This document shows, one piece after another, positions 40,127-49,247 of a DNA stretch of 64,000 bases. Both the position numbers and the translations under genes were made by a program. Below the pieces are notes generated by a model, which was not told where the DNA came from, made no database searches, and saw nothing but the letters and a program-made list of their open reading frames with translations. Origin of the DNA: Verrucomicrobiota bacterium (GTDB taxonomy: Bacteria; Verrucomicrobiota; Verrucomicrobiia; Limisphaerales; CANJXF01). Position 1 is the stretch's first letter; each line of letters opens with the position of its first letter. The stretch is taken from positions 1 through 64,000 of the forward strand of contig JBBQRQ010000001.1 of NCBI GenBank assembly GCA_038214755.1, in the 5' to 3' direction.

Positions 40127-40627
40127 ATGAACTCATGGCTGCAAAAATATAAAATCTCCGCCGCTTTGGATGAAGAAAAAAAAGTTTTGGAGCGCCAACC
40201 AAAATGGCGCGACAACGAAATGCAACAATTTGAAAAAAGGTTGCGCGCCCTGGATGATCAATTGAAGTCAACGGTCCCGCGTCACGCCATGCCCGAAATG
40301 TTGCACACGGAAATCATGCGAGGAGTTCGGGCGACGGCGGAATCCAAAGCTCGCCGACCGGTTTGGCTTTGGGTGCCGGTCCCAGCGATGGCTTTGTTCG
40401 TGTTGGTTGGCCTATGGTGGTTCGCTCAGCGCCACGATGCTGTTCCATTGGCCGTGACGGAGGAAAGGACAACTTCTTTTTCCGAAGTCACCGTCACGTT
40501 GGATGTCAGCCGTCAAATTGCTCAGGTCGCGCCCGCTGCTGCGCTTGCCCCGTTGTCCCAGGAAATGGATTTTTTGCGCGATGATTTCGAGAAGACAGCG
40601 GCGTTTCTACTGGCGAGCCTTCCCTGA
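40127..40627 (+). CDS. Putative anti-sigma factor (single TM)
   Basis: Follows the ECF sigma; one hydrophobic helix. Confidence 0.65.
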   Translation: MNSWLQKYKISAALDEEKKVLERQPKWRDNEMQQFEKRLRALDDQLKSTVPRHAMPEMLHTEIMRGVRATAESKARRPVWLWVPVPAMALFVLVGLWWFAQRHDAVPLAVTEERTTSFSEVTVTLDVSRQIAQVAPAAALAPLSQEMDFLRDDFEKTAAFLLASLP

Positions 40628-40682
40628 TTTGTTGGATAACTTTTATGAAAGTTTCTTTTCGACAGATGTTTTCTGTCTGAAA

Positions 40683-40962
40683 ATGAAAAGTTGTGCTTAC
40701 TGCGGGCGAGAGAACAGCGACGAGACTCTGAATTGTGTCGATTGGCGTCACTCGAATTCATAGGAAAGAAGATGGCGGCACGGGCGGCCACGACGTGGTG
40801 CAACCTTCATCCTGGTTGCTGGCCTATTGGATGGGCCGTTACCACGGATTCATAGAAGCGCCGCAAGTCATCGCGCCTTCGCTGCTCTCGGTCGAACGTA
40901 TTTCTGTTCACGCGTCGGGAGCAAAACCTTATTCGGAGCCACCGCGACCGAGCAGATTCTGA
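40683..40962 (+). pseudogene. Fused gene shards: zinc-ribbon N-terminus plus an unrelated C-terminal fragment
   Basis: MKSCAYCGRENSDETLNCVD, then in another frame DGGTGG..WLLAYWMGRYHGFIEAP. Confidence 0.5.
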
Positions 40963-41027
40963 AACGCGGTCACGTTAGACCAATAAACGTGCGGGTAGCA
41001 TCTGCCTCCGGCGGGTGCGAAATAATT

Positions 41028-41112
41028 TCGGATGTTCAGTGTTGGATGTTCGATGTTCGATGTTAGTTATTTTGCAAACATCGAACATCGAACACTGAAC
41101 ATCCAACATCGA
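41028..41112. repeat. Inverted heptamer arrays (gatgttc/gaacatc)
   Basis: Forms a long hairpin upstream of the sulfatase. Confidence 0.85.
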
Positions 41113-41197
41113 ATGAAAAAAATTCTCATCGCGTGAGAGTTGTTATCCGTTTGCCGTTGCGCGACACCTTTCTCAACTTCATGACGTCTCTTGCTCC

Positions 41198-42625
41198 ATG
41201 CAAAAAACCATTTTTCTTTTTCTGACCCTTGTGTCGGCGCTTGGTTCATCTGCCGCCACCAAACCTAACATCGTTTTTATCCTTGCCGATGATCTCGGCT
41301 ACACGGATGTCGCTTGTTACGGCAGTAAATATTACGAGACACCAAACATTGATCGGCTCGCGCAGCAGGGGATGCGGTTCACCGATGGACATACTTGCGG
41401 ACCAAATTGTCAGCCGTCCCGCGCCGCGTTGATGAGCGGTCAATACATGCCGCGCACCGGGGTTTATACTGTGGGCGGCATCGACCGATTCAATTGGCAA
41501 AGTTGTCCTTTGCGGCCAGTGGATAATGTCACGCAACTTCCGCTGGAAAAAATCACGGTCGCGCAATCTTTGAAAAAAGCCGGTTACGCCACCGCCATGT
41601 TCGGCAAATGGCATTTGGGAAATGACGCAGCGCATCATCCTTCCCAGCGGGGATTTGATGAGGCCATTGAAAGTTCCGGCGTCCATTTTAATTTCAACAC
41701 GAATCCAAAAACCGATTATCCAAAGGGAGAATATCTCGCCGATTTTCTGACGGACAAAGCGGTTGATTTTATTCGCCGCCACAAGGACGGACCCTTCTTT
41801 CTTTACCTGCCGCACTTCGCCGTTCACCAACCGCTTCAAGCCAAAAAAGAATTGATCGAAAAGTTCGAGAAAAAAACTCCAGTCGGCGGACACAAAAATC
41901 CGACTTGCGCCGCGATGATCCAAAGCATCGATGAAAGCGTTGGCCGCGTTCTCGCCGCGCTCGATGAATTGAAGCTTGCTGAAAACACGCTCGTGATTTT
42001 TTCCAGCGACAACGGCGGGGTCGGCGGATATGAGCGCGAAGGAATTAAAAAAGAAGGCGACGTGACGGACAACGCGCCGTTGCGCGGCGGAAAAGGAATG
42101 TTGTACGAGGGCGGACATCGCGTGCCCTATATTTTTCGCTGGCCGGGCAAAATTGCCAAAGGGACAACCTGCGCCGAGACAATAACCGGGGTTGATTTGT
42201 ATCCCACCTTGCTCGAAGTCGCCGGAGCAAAACCTCCCGCAAATTATCCGCTTGATGGAGTGAGCTATCTCAAACTGCTGACGAGTGATGGGAAAGCGAA
42301 ACTAGATCGCGACGCCATTTATTGGCATTTCCCCGGCTATCTCGGCGCAGGCGCGGACCAATGGCGCACGAAACCAGTTGGCGTGATTCGATCCGGTGAT
42401 TGGAAGTTGATGGAATTTTTCGAGGACAATCATCTTGAGCTTTACAATTTGCGCGATGACCTCAGCGAAAAAAACGATCTCGCGTCGAAGAATCCTGAGA
42501 AAACAAAAGAGCTTCAAGCCAAACTCGCCGCCTGGCGCAAAGAGTTGAATGCCCAAATGCCGACACCCAACAAACCGACCAACGTTGTTTCCAAAAAGAA
42601 GAAGAAAAAAGGCGGCGAGGATTAA
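41198..42625 (+). CDS. Arylsulfatase-like sulfatase (Cys-type)
   Basis: KPNIVFILADDLG, CQPSR, GKWHLG, SDNGG, ELYNL. Confidence 0.95.
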   Translation: MQKTIFLFLTLVSALGSSAATKPNIVFILADDLGYTDVACYGSKYYETPNIDRLAQQGMRFTDGHTCGPNCQPSRAALMSGQYMPRTGVYTVGGIDRFNWQSCPLRPVDNVTQLPLEKITVAQSLKKAGYATAMFGKWHLGNDAAHHPSQRGFDEAIESSGVHFNFNTNPKTDYPKGEYLADFLTDKAVDFIRRHKDGPFFLYLPHFAVHQPLQAKKELIEKFEKKTPVGGHKNPTCAAMIQSIDESVGRVLAALDELKLAENTLVIFSSDNGGVGGYEREGIKKEGDVTDNAPLRGGKGMLYEGGHRVPYIFRWPGKIAKGTTCAETITGVDLYPTLLEVAGAKPPANYPLDGVSYLKLLTSDGKAKLDRDAIYWHFPGYLGAGADQWRTKPVGVIRSGDWKLMEFFEDNHLELYNLRDDLSEKNDLASKNPEKTKELQAKLAAWRKELNAQMPTPNKPTNVVSKKKKKKGGED

Positions 42626-42673
42626 ACGAATCCACGCTCACCGACCCTTGCCAAGGATTCTCCGCGTACTCTA

Positions 42674-43495
42674 TTACTTCGTCGCTGCGAATTTCCCTCT
42701 CTGCGCCGTTCCAAGTGGGCTAAGGAATTGCCTCGCACCAGCGGCGATGAAGTCGAGAACCTTGGGAGCCTGAAAGAAGAGGAAACCTTGCTTCTGAAAT
42801 CGTTTTAGATCCTCCGGCGTACGAGCGGGCCGTCCCATCACCTTACCAAATTTCTTTCCGGCACCTGCAATTTTGGAAATGGCTTCTTCCAACCGTGGGT
42901 GATTTTGTTTGCCGCGAAGCCCGAGCGAGAACGAAAGGTCGCTCGTGCCGATGAAGAGCACATCAATGCCAGGAGTGGCGGCAATCTCTTCGATATGAGA
43001 GAGCGCCGTCGCATCCTCGACGACCGCGACCACCAGAACGTTTTCATCCGCAAAATCGTAATAGCCTTCCGGTGCCGGCCAGCGGAACGCAGCGAGGTCA
43101 GCACCCGATCCTCGCAAACCTGCAGGCGGATAGCGGCACGCGGCAGCGGCTTGCCGCGCCAGGTCCGGTGTGCTGGTGAAAGGAAAGATCACGCCGAGCG
43201 CCCCGGTGTCGAGGACGCGTCTGGCGGACCAAAGTTCATTTACGGGCGGACGAACGAACGGCACCGCCGGCAATCCGCGCGTGGCCAGAACGATGTTGCG
43301 CACTGTCTCCAGGCTGATGGGCGAATGTTCCATCTCAAGCCAGAGGAAATCGAAACCAAGCGCGGCGGCATGGGCGGCGACCTCAACATTGTTGACGTTG
43401 ATCGTGATGCCGATGACGGGCTGGCCACTCTTGAGTTTTGCCTTAACCGGATTTTTCCATTTCGAATTGGCCGGCGTTCTTTTTCTCGATCGCAT
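42674..43495 (-). CDS. HpcH/HpaI aldolase family protein
   Basis: GFDFLWLEMEH, RVLDTGALG, PGIDVLFIGTSDLS. Confidence 0.9.
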   Translation of the reverse strand: MRSRKRTPANSKWKNPVKAKLKSGQPVIGITINVNNVEVAAHAAALGFDFLWLEMEHSPISLETVRNIVLATRGLPAVPFVRPPVNELWSARRVLDTGALGVIFPFTSTPDLARQAAAACRYPPAGLRGSGADLAAFRWPAPEGYYDFADENVLVVAVVEDATALSHIEEIAATPGIDVLFIGTSDLSFSLGLRGKQNHPRLEEAISKIAGAGKKFGKVMGRPARTPEDLKRFQKQGFLFFQAPKVLDFIAAGARQFLSPLGTAQRGKFAATK

Positions 43496-43560
43496 AAACG
43501 TGGTTCGCTCTGCGTCACTGTGTGGGAGGGGGAAACTCTTTGACCAGCCAAACTTCCGAA

Positions 43561-43846
43561 ATCTCGCAGGCGCGGACCAATGGCGCACGAAACCAGTTGG
43601 CGTGATTCGATCCGGTGATTGGAAGTTGATGGAATTTTTCGAGGACACAAATCATCTTGAACACTACAATTTGCGAGCTGACCTCAGCGAAAAAAATGAT
43701 CTCGCGTCGAAGAATCCTGAGAAGGCAAAAGCGCTTCAAACCAAACTCGCCGCCTGGCGCAAAGACTTGAACGTCCCGATGCCGACGCGCAACAAACCAA
43801 CGAACGTCGCTTCCAAAAAGAAGAAAAAAAAGGCGGCGAGGATTGA
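43561..43846 (+). pseudogene. Stranded second copy of the sulfatase 3' end (42339-42625)
   Basis: AGADQWRTKPVGVIRSGDWKLMEFFED...KKKKKK; near-identical at the start, diverged distally. Confidence 0.92.
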
Positions 43847-43911
43847 GGCCGTTGCCACGCCGCCTAACGAATCCAAACTTACCGACTGCGGAGTAGTTTG
43901 CTCGTCCGATT

Positions 43912-44088
43912 TTAGGACTTGGTTGATTTGGTGACAACCTTGTGGCCGGATTTCCATTGGCGCGCGCGCGCATCACGAACCATCGCAGCCAAATCGTAAT
44001 TGTAACGCTTCATCAATTCGGTTTTCACGCGGCGAACTTCGGCCATAACCGAATCGATCTCCTTGGGGTGATTGGTCTTGGGTGTCAT
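43912..44088 (-). CDS. Small hypothetical protein (antitoxin-like)
   Basis: DSVMAEVRRVKTELMKRYNYDL motif. Confidence 0.55.
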   Translation of the reverse strand: MTPKTNHPKEIDSVMAEVRRVKTELMKRYNYDLAAMVRDARARQWKSGHKVVTKSTKS

Positions 44089-44136
44089 TGTCGTCACTCT
44101 GGCGCAGATCATCAGTGTTGTGCAAGCGCGAGGGGC

Positions 44137-44258
44137 TCCGCGGCAATCATGGTATTTGGATGACGCATGAACTCGCGCAAATCCGTTTCGCTCATGCCGT
44201 GAAACACCGCCGATGCGCCGCCATTTTTCTCGATCTCCAAAATCATTTCAATCTGATC
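44137..44258 (-). pseudogene. Stranded copy of part of the D-aminoacylase gene (45320-45441)
   Basis: 122-nt ungapped match; 7 differences, all synonymous in the aminoacylase frame. Confidence 0.9.
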
Positions 44259-44614
44259 CGCACGCGATGAACTTCGATCAGGAAGAGTTTGCCGTGGTAG
44301 AATTCCTGAGCCGGATGGCTATCGAGAAAGGCGACCAGTCGTTCCATCAGTTGCGGAATAATCTCCGGGTGATTGTGCAATTGAACGGCCAGGATACCGA
44401 GGAAGTTCGCCGGCGGATAGGCCACGATGTCGGCGAAATCGCCATTGAGGGAAAGGAGAATCGCGCCCAGTTCGTGCGCCTGGGCGATGACCACCGGGTC
44501 AAGCGAGCGGACGGGAAGAACTTCGCGCAGTAAGGTGACCTGATGTCCGTGTCGGCGAAGCGTGTCGCTGATTTCGGCCGGCACGCATTGGTCGCTGAAG
44601 AACCGCAGGCTCAT
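44243..44614 (-). CDS. DUF5615 PIN-like toxin
   Basis: MSLRFFSDQCVP, LLSLNGDF. Confidence 0.82.
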   Translation of the reverse strand: MSLRFFSDQCVPAEISDTLRRHGHQVTLLREVLPVRSLDPVVIAQAHELGAILLSLNGDFADIVAYPPANFLGILAVQLHNHPEIIPQLMERLVAFLDSHPAQEFYHGKLFLIEVHRVRIRLK

Positions 44615-44832
44615 GCCGGTACGGCTTCAAACTCCGCCAACTCGCGCGCGTAATCCAGACAGGCCGCCACGTCGGTCGCAATGAGGTCGGGGAATTCCTG
44701 CTGGATGGCTGCGGCATCGCGTCCTGCGGCCAAATATCCCAGAATGAGCGCCACGGGAATTCTGGTGCCTTTAATGCACGGTTTGCCACGGAGGATTTGC
44801 GGATTGCTGACGATGTGTTCACGCCAATTCAT
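44611..44832 (-). CDS. DUF433 family antitoxin
   Basis: IVSNPQILRGKPCIKGTRIPV..DVAACLDYA. Confidence 0.9.
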   Translation of the reverse strand: MNWREHIVSNPQILRGKPCIKGTRIPVALILGYLAAGRDAAAIQQEFPDLIATDVAACLDYARELAEFEAVPA

Positions 44833-44949
44833 ACGACGGATTATGTCATGGTATCGAGTGAAGGCGAGTTCTTTGCGCCGATCAAACCAGACGCGCAGTT
44901 CATCCTTGCGCAACTGTTCCGCGCATCATGGCAAAAATATTTCGGTTTA

Positions 44950-46521
44950 TCAGTTGAGCTTTGAAGTATGTCGCAAAGCCATGCCCGGTCGCGCGCCAGT
45001 ATGCTCGTCGTTTTCGACAACCCTGACGCCATTTACAAAAACATATTTAAATCCAGTTGAGTAATGATGCGGATCTTTGTAGTTCGCATTGTCGATGATC
45101 GTCGCGGGATCAAACACCACGATATCCGCCCAATTTCCTTCGCGTAATTCGCCGCGATTTTTAATTTGAAAAGTTGTCGCCGGAAGCGAAGTCATTTTCC
45201 GAATGGCATCTTCGAGCCGCAAAACTTTTTCCTCTCGCACGTATTTGCCGAGCACACGCGCGTTGTTGCCATAGCCGCGAGGGTGGGGGACGCCTTCGTT
45301 CAATTTTCTCACGCCGCTGTCCGCTGCAATCATCGTATTGGGATGACGCATGAACTCGCGCAAATCCGTTTCGCTCATGCCGTGAAACACCGCCGACGCG
45401 CCGCCGTTTTTCTCAATCTCCAAAATCATTTCAATCTGGTCGTCGAGCGAATCGCTGTGGCGGGTTTTTTGCGCGGCTTCGACGATGTTCAATCCATTCA
45501 ACGATTTGTCATGCTTGTAGGAAGCGATCACGGCGTAGGCGTAACTTTCGCTGCCGCGACGCTGCAATCCGTCCTTCATCTGAGCGATAATTTTTTTCTT
45601 TTGTTCCGCATCATCGAGCCGTTCGATCAACTTTTTGTTTCCGCCATCTTTCGCGCTGTCCGGCACGAGTTGGCTGATGCCGGTGCTCGAAGCGGTGTAG
45701 GCATATTGGTCCTGAGTAATGTCGAGTCCTTCGCTGCGCGCTTTTTCGATGGCGGCAATGACCTGATCGGTCTTTCCCCAATTTGATTTTCCAGAAAGTT
45801 TGATGTGCGAAATTTCCGCGCGAATGTGCGCTTCGCGAGCGATGCGAAAAATTTCGTCGAGCGATTTCAAAATCTCTTCGCCCTCGCTGCGTTGATGCGT
45901 TGCATAAATTCCATCGTAAGCCGAAGCCACTTTCGCCAGCTCGATGATCTCTTCGGTCTTGGCGAAAACTCCCGGCAGATAAATCAAGCCCGTCGAAAGT
46001 CCGACCGCGCCATCCTTCATCGCTTGCTCGACGAGTGAACGCATCATGTTCAATTCTGCCTCGGTGGGCGGGCGCATGAATGAGCCGCCCATCGCTTTTC
46101 CGCGAACCGTTCCGTGCCCGATCAGCGTCGCGACATTCGGAGACATTTTGATTCGCTCAAGCTTTTTAAAAAATTCTCCAACTTTTGCAACTGAGCCGCC
46201 GCAATTGCCGAGCACCAAAGTCGTGACACCCATGCGCACGAAATTTTCGCCGAGCGGCTGCTCGCTGATTTCCTCGGCGTGGGTGTGGACGTCGATGAAT
46301 CCCGGGGCGACCACCATTCCGCTGACATCGATTTCCTTTTTTGCGCGTTGATGGATTTTTCCGATGGCAACGATGCGCCCTTTTTTCACGGCGACGTCGC
46401 CGAGGTAAGACGGATTTCCCGTGCCGGCCGCGATGCGGCCGTTGCGCAAAATCAAATCGTAATTTTTTGCATCGAGAGAAAAGACCGCGCTAAACAACGC
46501 CAAAGTCATCCAAATTTTCAT
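44950..46521 (-). CDS. N-acyl-D-amino-acid deacylase (amidohydrolase)
   Basis: APGFIDVHTH, GNCG, GLSTGLIYLPG, PHPRGYG, ADIVVFDP. Confidence 0.92.
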   Translation of the reverse strand: MKIWMTLALFSAVFSLDAKNYDLILRNGRIAAGTGNPSYLGDVAVKKGRIVAIGKIHQRAKKEIDVSGMVVAPGFIDVHTHAEEISEQPLGENFVRMGVTTLVLGNCGGSVAKVGEFFKKLERIKMSPNVATLIGHGTVRGKAMGGSFMRPPTEAELNMMRSLVEQAMKDGAVGLSTGLIYLPGVFAKTEEIIELAKVASAYDGIYATHQRSEGEEILKSLDEIFRIAREAHIRAEISHIKLSGKSNWGKTDQVIAAIEKARSEGLDITQDQYAYTASSTGISQLVPDSAKDGGNKKLIERLDDAEQKKKIIAQMKDGLQRRGSESYAYAVIASYKHDKSLNGLNIVEAAQKTRHSDSLDDQIEMILEIEKNGGASAVFHGMSETDLREFMRHPNTMIAADSGVRKLNEGVPHPRGYGNNARVLGKYVREEKVLRLEDAIRKMTSLPATTFQIKNRGELREGNWADIVVFDPATIIDNANYKDPHHYSTGFKYVFVNGVRVVENDEHTGARPGMALRHTSKLN

Positions 46522-46695
46522 CGGTGCATTTTCCGAAATTGAAGAGCGGAAAGCGATAAGGTTTTTAGCTTGCCTGATTGGCAAAAACAAAATCAATCCA
46601 GACGAATTGAACCAATGCGTCGTCGCGCTGGCCGTGATGTGTTACGCGATTGCTGATGGAAAAGAAGATTTGCTTCGCCGATAATCGACGCATTG

Positions 46696-47285
46696 TTACA
46701 ATACGTCGTGCCGTAGAACCTTCTCCCGCCACTTTCGCACACTACTCATGTCCATCCGTTCGCCCTTGAATTCGATCTGCTTCACCGGCTTCGTCCCGTT
46801 CTGGCTTTCGCGTTTGAGCACGCTGCTGATTTCCATCCAGCGCACGTCGGCGAACTCCACCTTCTCCTTCCCGACGGCCCGCTCGTCCTCCTCGGAGAAG
46901 GTGCCGATCACGAGCATCACCGGATGGGGCTGATTCATCCACGTCTTCACCCAGCGCTGTTTCCGGATCGTGAAAATCTCCGCCCCGTCCGCCTTCCTCT
47001 TCGTGAGATGCGAATTGCCGGCCTTGAGTTGCAGGCAGAGTCCCTTGCCGGTTCCATTACCGTCCTCATTGGTGAATTCGAGCAGGATGTCGATCCCGTC
47101 GTCCTCATCCCCGGGAACCTCGATCCATTTCTGATTCGCGCTCGTGATGCGCGCGCCGACATCGAGCACGAGCAGCTTCCCTTTTCTCCGCGTGGTCAGT
47201 TTCGCGAGATCGTCCGCCTGAAGTTCCTCCACCTGCCGGCGCCCCGCCTCGCTGGCAAACTTCCTCTCCAGCGCATCCCAGAGCG
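46696..47285 (-). pseudogene. C-terminal fragment with a DUF4365-like PD-(D/E)xK domain
   Basis: DDGIDILLEF..LCLQLKAG; upstream part replaced by REP sequence. Confidence 0.65.
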
Positions 47286-47287
47286 GG

Positions 47288-47391
47288 AGGGCCAAAGGCC
47301 CGTCCACAAGCCAGCCCAGGGCAAGCGAGGAACGAGCGCCGCCCTGGGTTCTTCCGGACAAAAATGAAAACAAGCCCCAACGGGGCGCGAC
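47288..47391. repeat. REP flank of the Y1 transposase (left)
   Basis: agcccagggcaagcgaggaacgagcgccgccctgggt..agccccaacggggcg; inverted relative to 47873-47972. Confidence 0.9.
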
Positions 47392-47400
47392 TAGACCCGC

Positions 47401-47856
47401 TCAATCCCACACGTATCGTTCATCGATCTCGACGCCATGTTTCCGGCAAAGCGCCCGAAACTCATCCTGAAATGACACCTCGCGATGATGCTCCTCCTGC
47501 GTCGCGACATAGGCCCGGACCTGCTCGACGTTGGATTGGCTGACGGAAAACGCGCCGTATCCACCCTGCCAGTGGAAATCTCGGTAAGCGGGTGCCTGTT
47601 CCTTCATCCATTTCGACGGACCTGTCTTCGCCTTTTCCACCAAATCCGCGATGGTGACGGTTCGGGAAAGATTGCACAGGATGTGAACGTGATCTTCCAC
47701 GCCGCCGATGAGGATGGGTTCGCACCCGATGTTTTGCAGGACGCCCGCCATGTAGCCGTGCAGCCGGGCGCGAAGTTCCGGGTCTTTGAGAAAAGGAACA
47801 CGATTCTTCGTGCTGAAGACGACATGCAGGACGACGCGGGCTAATGATTGCGGCAT
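47401..47856 (-). mobile_element. tnpA: Y1 HUH transposase (IS200/IS605 TnpA or REP-associated tyrosine transposase)
   Basis: HVVFSTK, DHVH (HUH), WQGGYGAFSVS, YVATQEEHH. Confidence 0.92.
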
Positions 47857-47872
47857 AATGGAGCGAAATTGT

Positions 47873-47972
47873 TACGCCCCGTTGGGGCTTTGCCCATTCT
47901 ATATTTCCAGACCCAGGGCGGCGCTCGTTCCTCGCTTGCCCTGGGCTGGCTTGTAGCAGGCCGTTGGCCTTG
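47873..47972. repeat. REP flank of the Y1 transposase (right)
   Basis: cgccccgttggggct..acccagggcggcgctcgttcctcgcttgccctgggct. Confidence 0.9.
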
Positions 47973-48035
47973 GGCTTCGCGTCGCTTCAGTCGCCGCCGA
48001 AATACCACAGCCAGATTTCTGGATCGAGGCCGAGA

Positions 48036-49247
48036 TCATCGTTTTCTAGCGCCACGCTCTATACGCCAGACGAAATAGGCCGGGGAGCGGCGAGTTTCGC
48101 GCTTCGTTTCATGGGAGTCCCATAGTGCTTTGATTGCCGCGGCTATCGGTGCACTACAACCTGCAATAACCGAAGGGAGCGCAAGCCCATGGACGGCTGC
48201 GATAGTTAGAGCCGTGCTGGCAACATACGCGCCGCTTCTGGCAATCGAGTTCATCCGAGCAAGCCGGTTACAAGTATGGCGGACTTTTTCTAGCTCATCC
48301 TCTAACAAATCACGCTTGAGCTGCTTGGCCGCTTCTGTAGTGTCTTTAGCATTAGAGGCATCCTCAATCGCCCGGTCGAGCTTCCGTCTGAACGCTGTTA
48401 GTGATTCAGCTTCATCCTCAAGAACCTTAGCAAGAAGTGGAAGCGGTATGTTTTCGAGGAATGGAATTTCGAGTCGAAGCAGAGGATCTTCGTCCGGCGG
48501 TTTCAATGTTTCGCTGAGATCAGATAAATGCGTCGCACCCAACACATCGGCTTTCAGCACATCCTCGCCGACTGATGCCGCATTTATCCCGGGAGAAATG
48601 AAAGGAGTAAACGCTACTTGTCCCGAAACCATGAGTGGCTGGCAATCCTCAAGGAACTGATTCTCCTGCGGGATCGCAACGTGCAAAAATCCACCTGCCA
48701 AATGACAGTGCTCGCCGTGGGCATTGATGGAAGGGTCTGCCAAACGAGAAGACATGGTGCGGTTCCATCGCGACGTGCCCTTGCCTGACCAGTCTGCCGC
48801 TAATAAAGCCGTCTCGGACGACACGTCTGCAGAGGCGATCATCTTCGCAACCATTGCTACTAGCCAATCGCGGGCTGGCGCGAATCCGAGACGGCTACCA
48901 GTTTTTGGGTCAATGCTGGCAGATGCGCCAAGGACTGGACTCGCTAGTTCATCAGAGATTGGAAAAACGGAGTAACCAGAGGGCTTGACCCATTCATCTA
49001 CGCTAAAGCAGACGAGGTCCGCTGCGATTAGACCTCGGCGAATCGCTCCTGCTGCTTCAACTGGCGAGCCGACAATGCGAATGGCTTTCCTACCAGGGAA
49101 CTCGCGGATCGACTCGATGTAGTCTTCGACTGAGTGTTTGATGTGGAAATCGACTAACTCTGTCTTTGCCTTGGGGAACGTGGCTACCAAGTCGAAGAGG
49201 GCTTGATTCAAGGCAGCCAATCTCTTTCTGTTATGTTCAATCCGCAT
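48036..49247 (-). CDS. Hypothetical protein with a C-terminal coiled coil and hydrophobic hairpin
   Basis: 403-aa ORF whose sequence style differs from the host genes; no motif recognised. Confidence 0.65.
   Translation of the reverse strand: MRIEHNRKRLAALNQALFDLVATFPKAKTELVDFHIKHSVEDYIESIREFPGRKAIRIVGSPVEAAGAIRRGLIAADLVCFSVDEWVKPSGYSVFPISDELASPVLGASASIDPKTGSRLGFAPARDWLVAMVAKMIASADVSSETALLAADWSGKGTSRWNRTMSSRLADPSINAHGEHCHLAGGFLHVAIPQENQFLEDCQPLMVSGQVAFTPFISPGINAASVGEDVLKADVLGATHLSDLSETLKPPDEDPLLRLEIPFLENIPLPLLAKVLEDEAESLTAFRRKLDRAIEDASNAKDTTEAAKQLKRDLLEDELEKVRHTCNRLARMNSIARSGAYVASTALTIAAVHGLALPSVIAGCSAPIAAAIKALWDSHETKRETRRSPAYFVWRIERGARKR

Noticed and set aside
42339..43846. Diversity-generating retroelement TR/VR pair as an explanation for the duplicated gene tails (the FGE fold is a known DGR target)
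   Set aside because: No reverse transcriptase in the window. Differences are mostly synonymous third-position changes of all base types, not adenine-specific, including in the FGE pair.
43170..43934. 254-aa plus-strand ORF ending in sulfatase-like sequence
   Set aside because: A chance fusion of the aldolase antisense frame with the stranded sulfatase tail, not a real gene.
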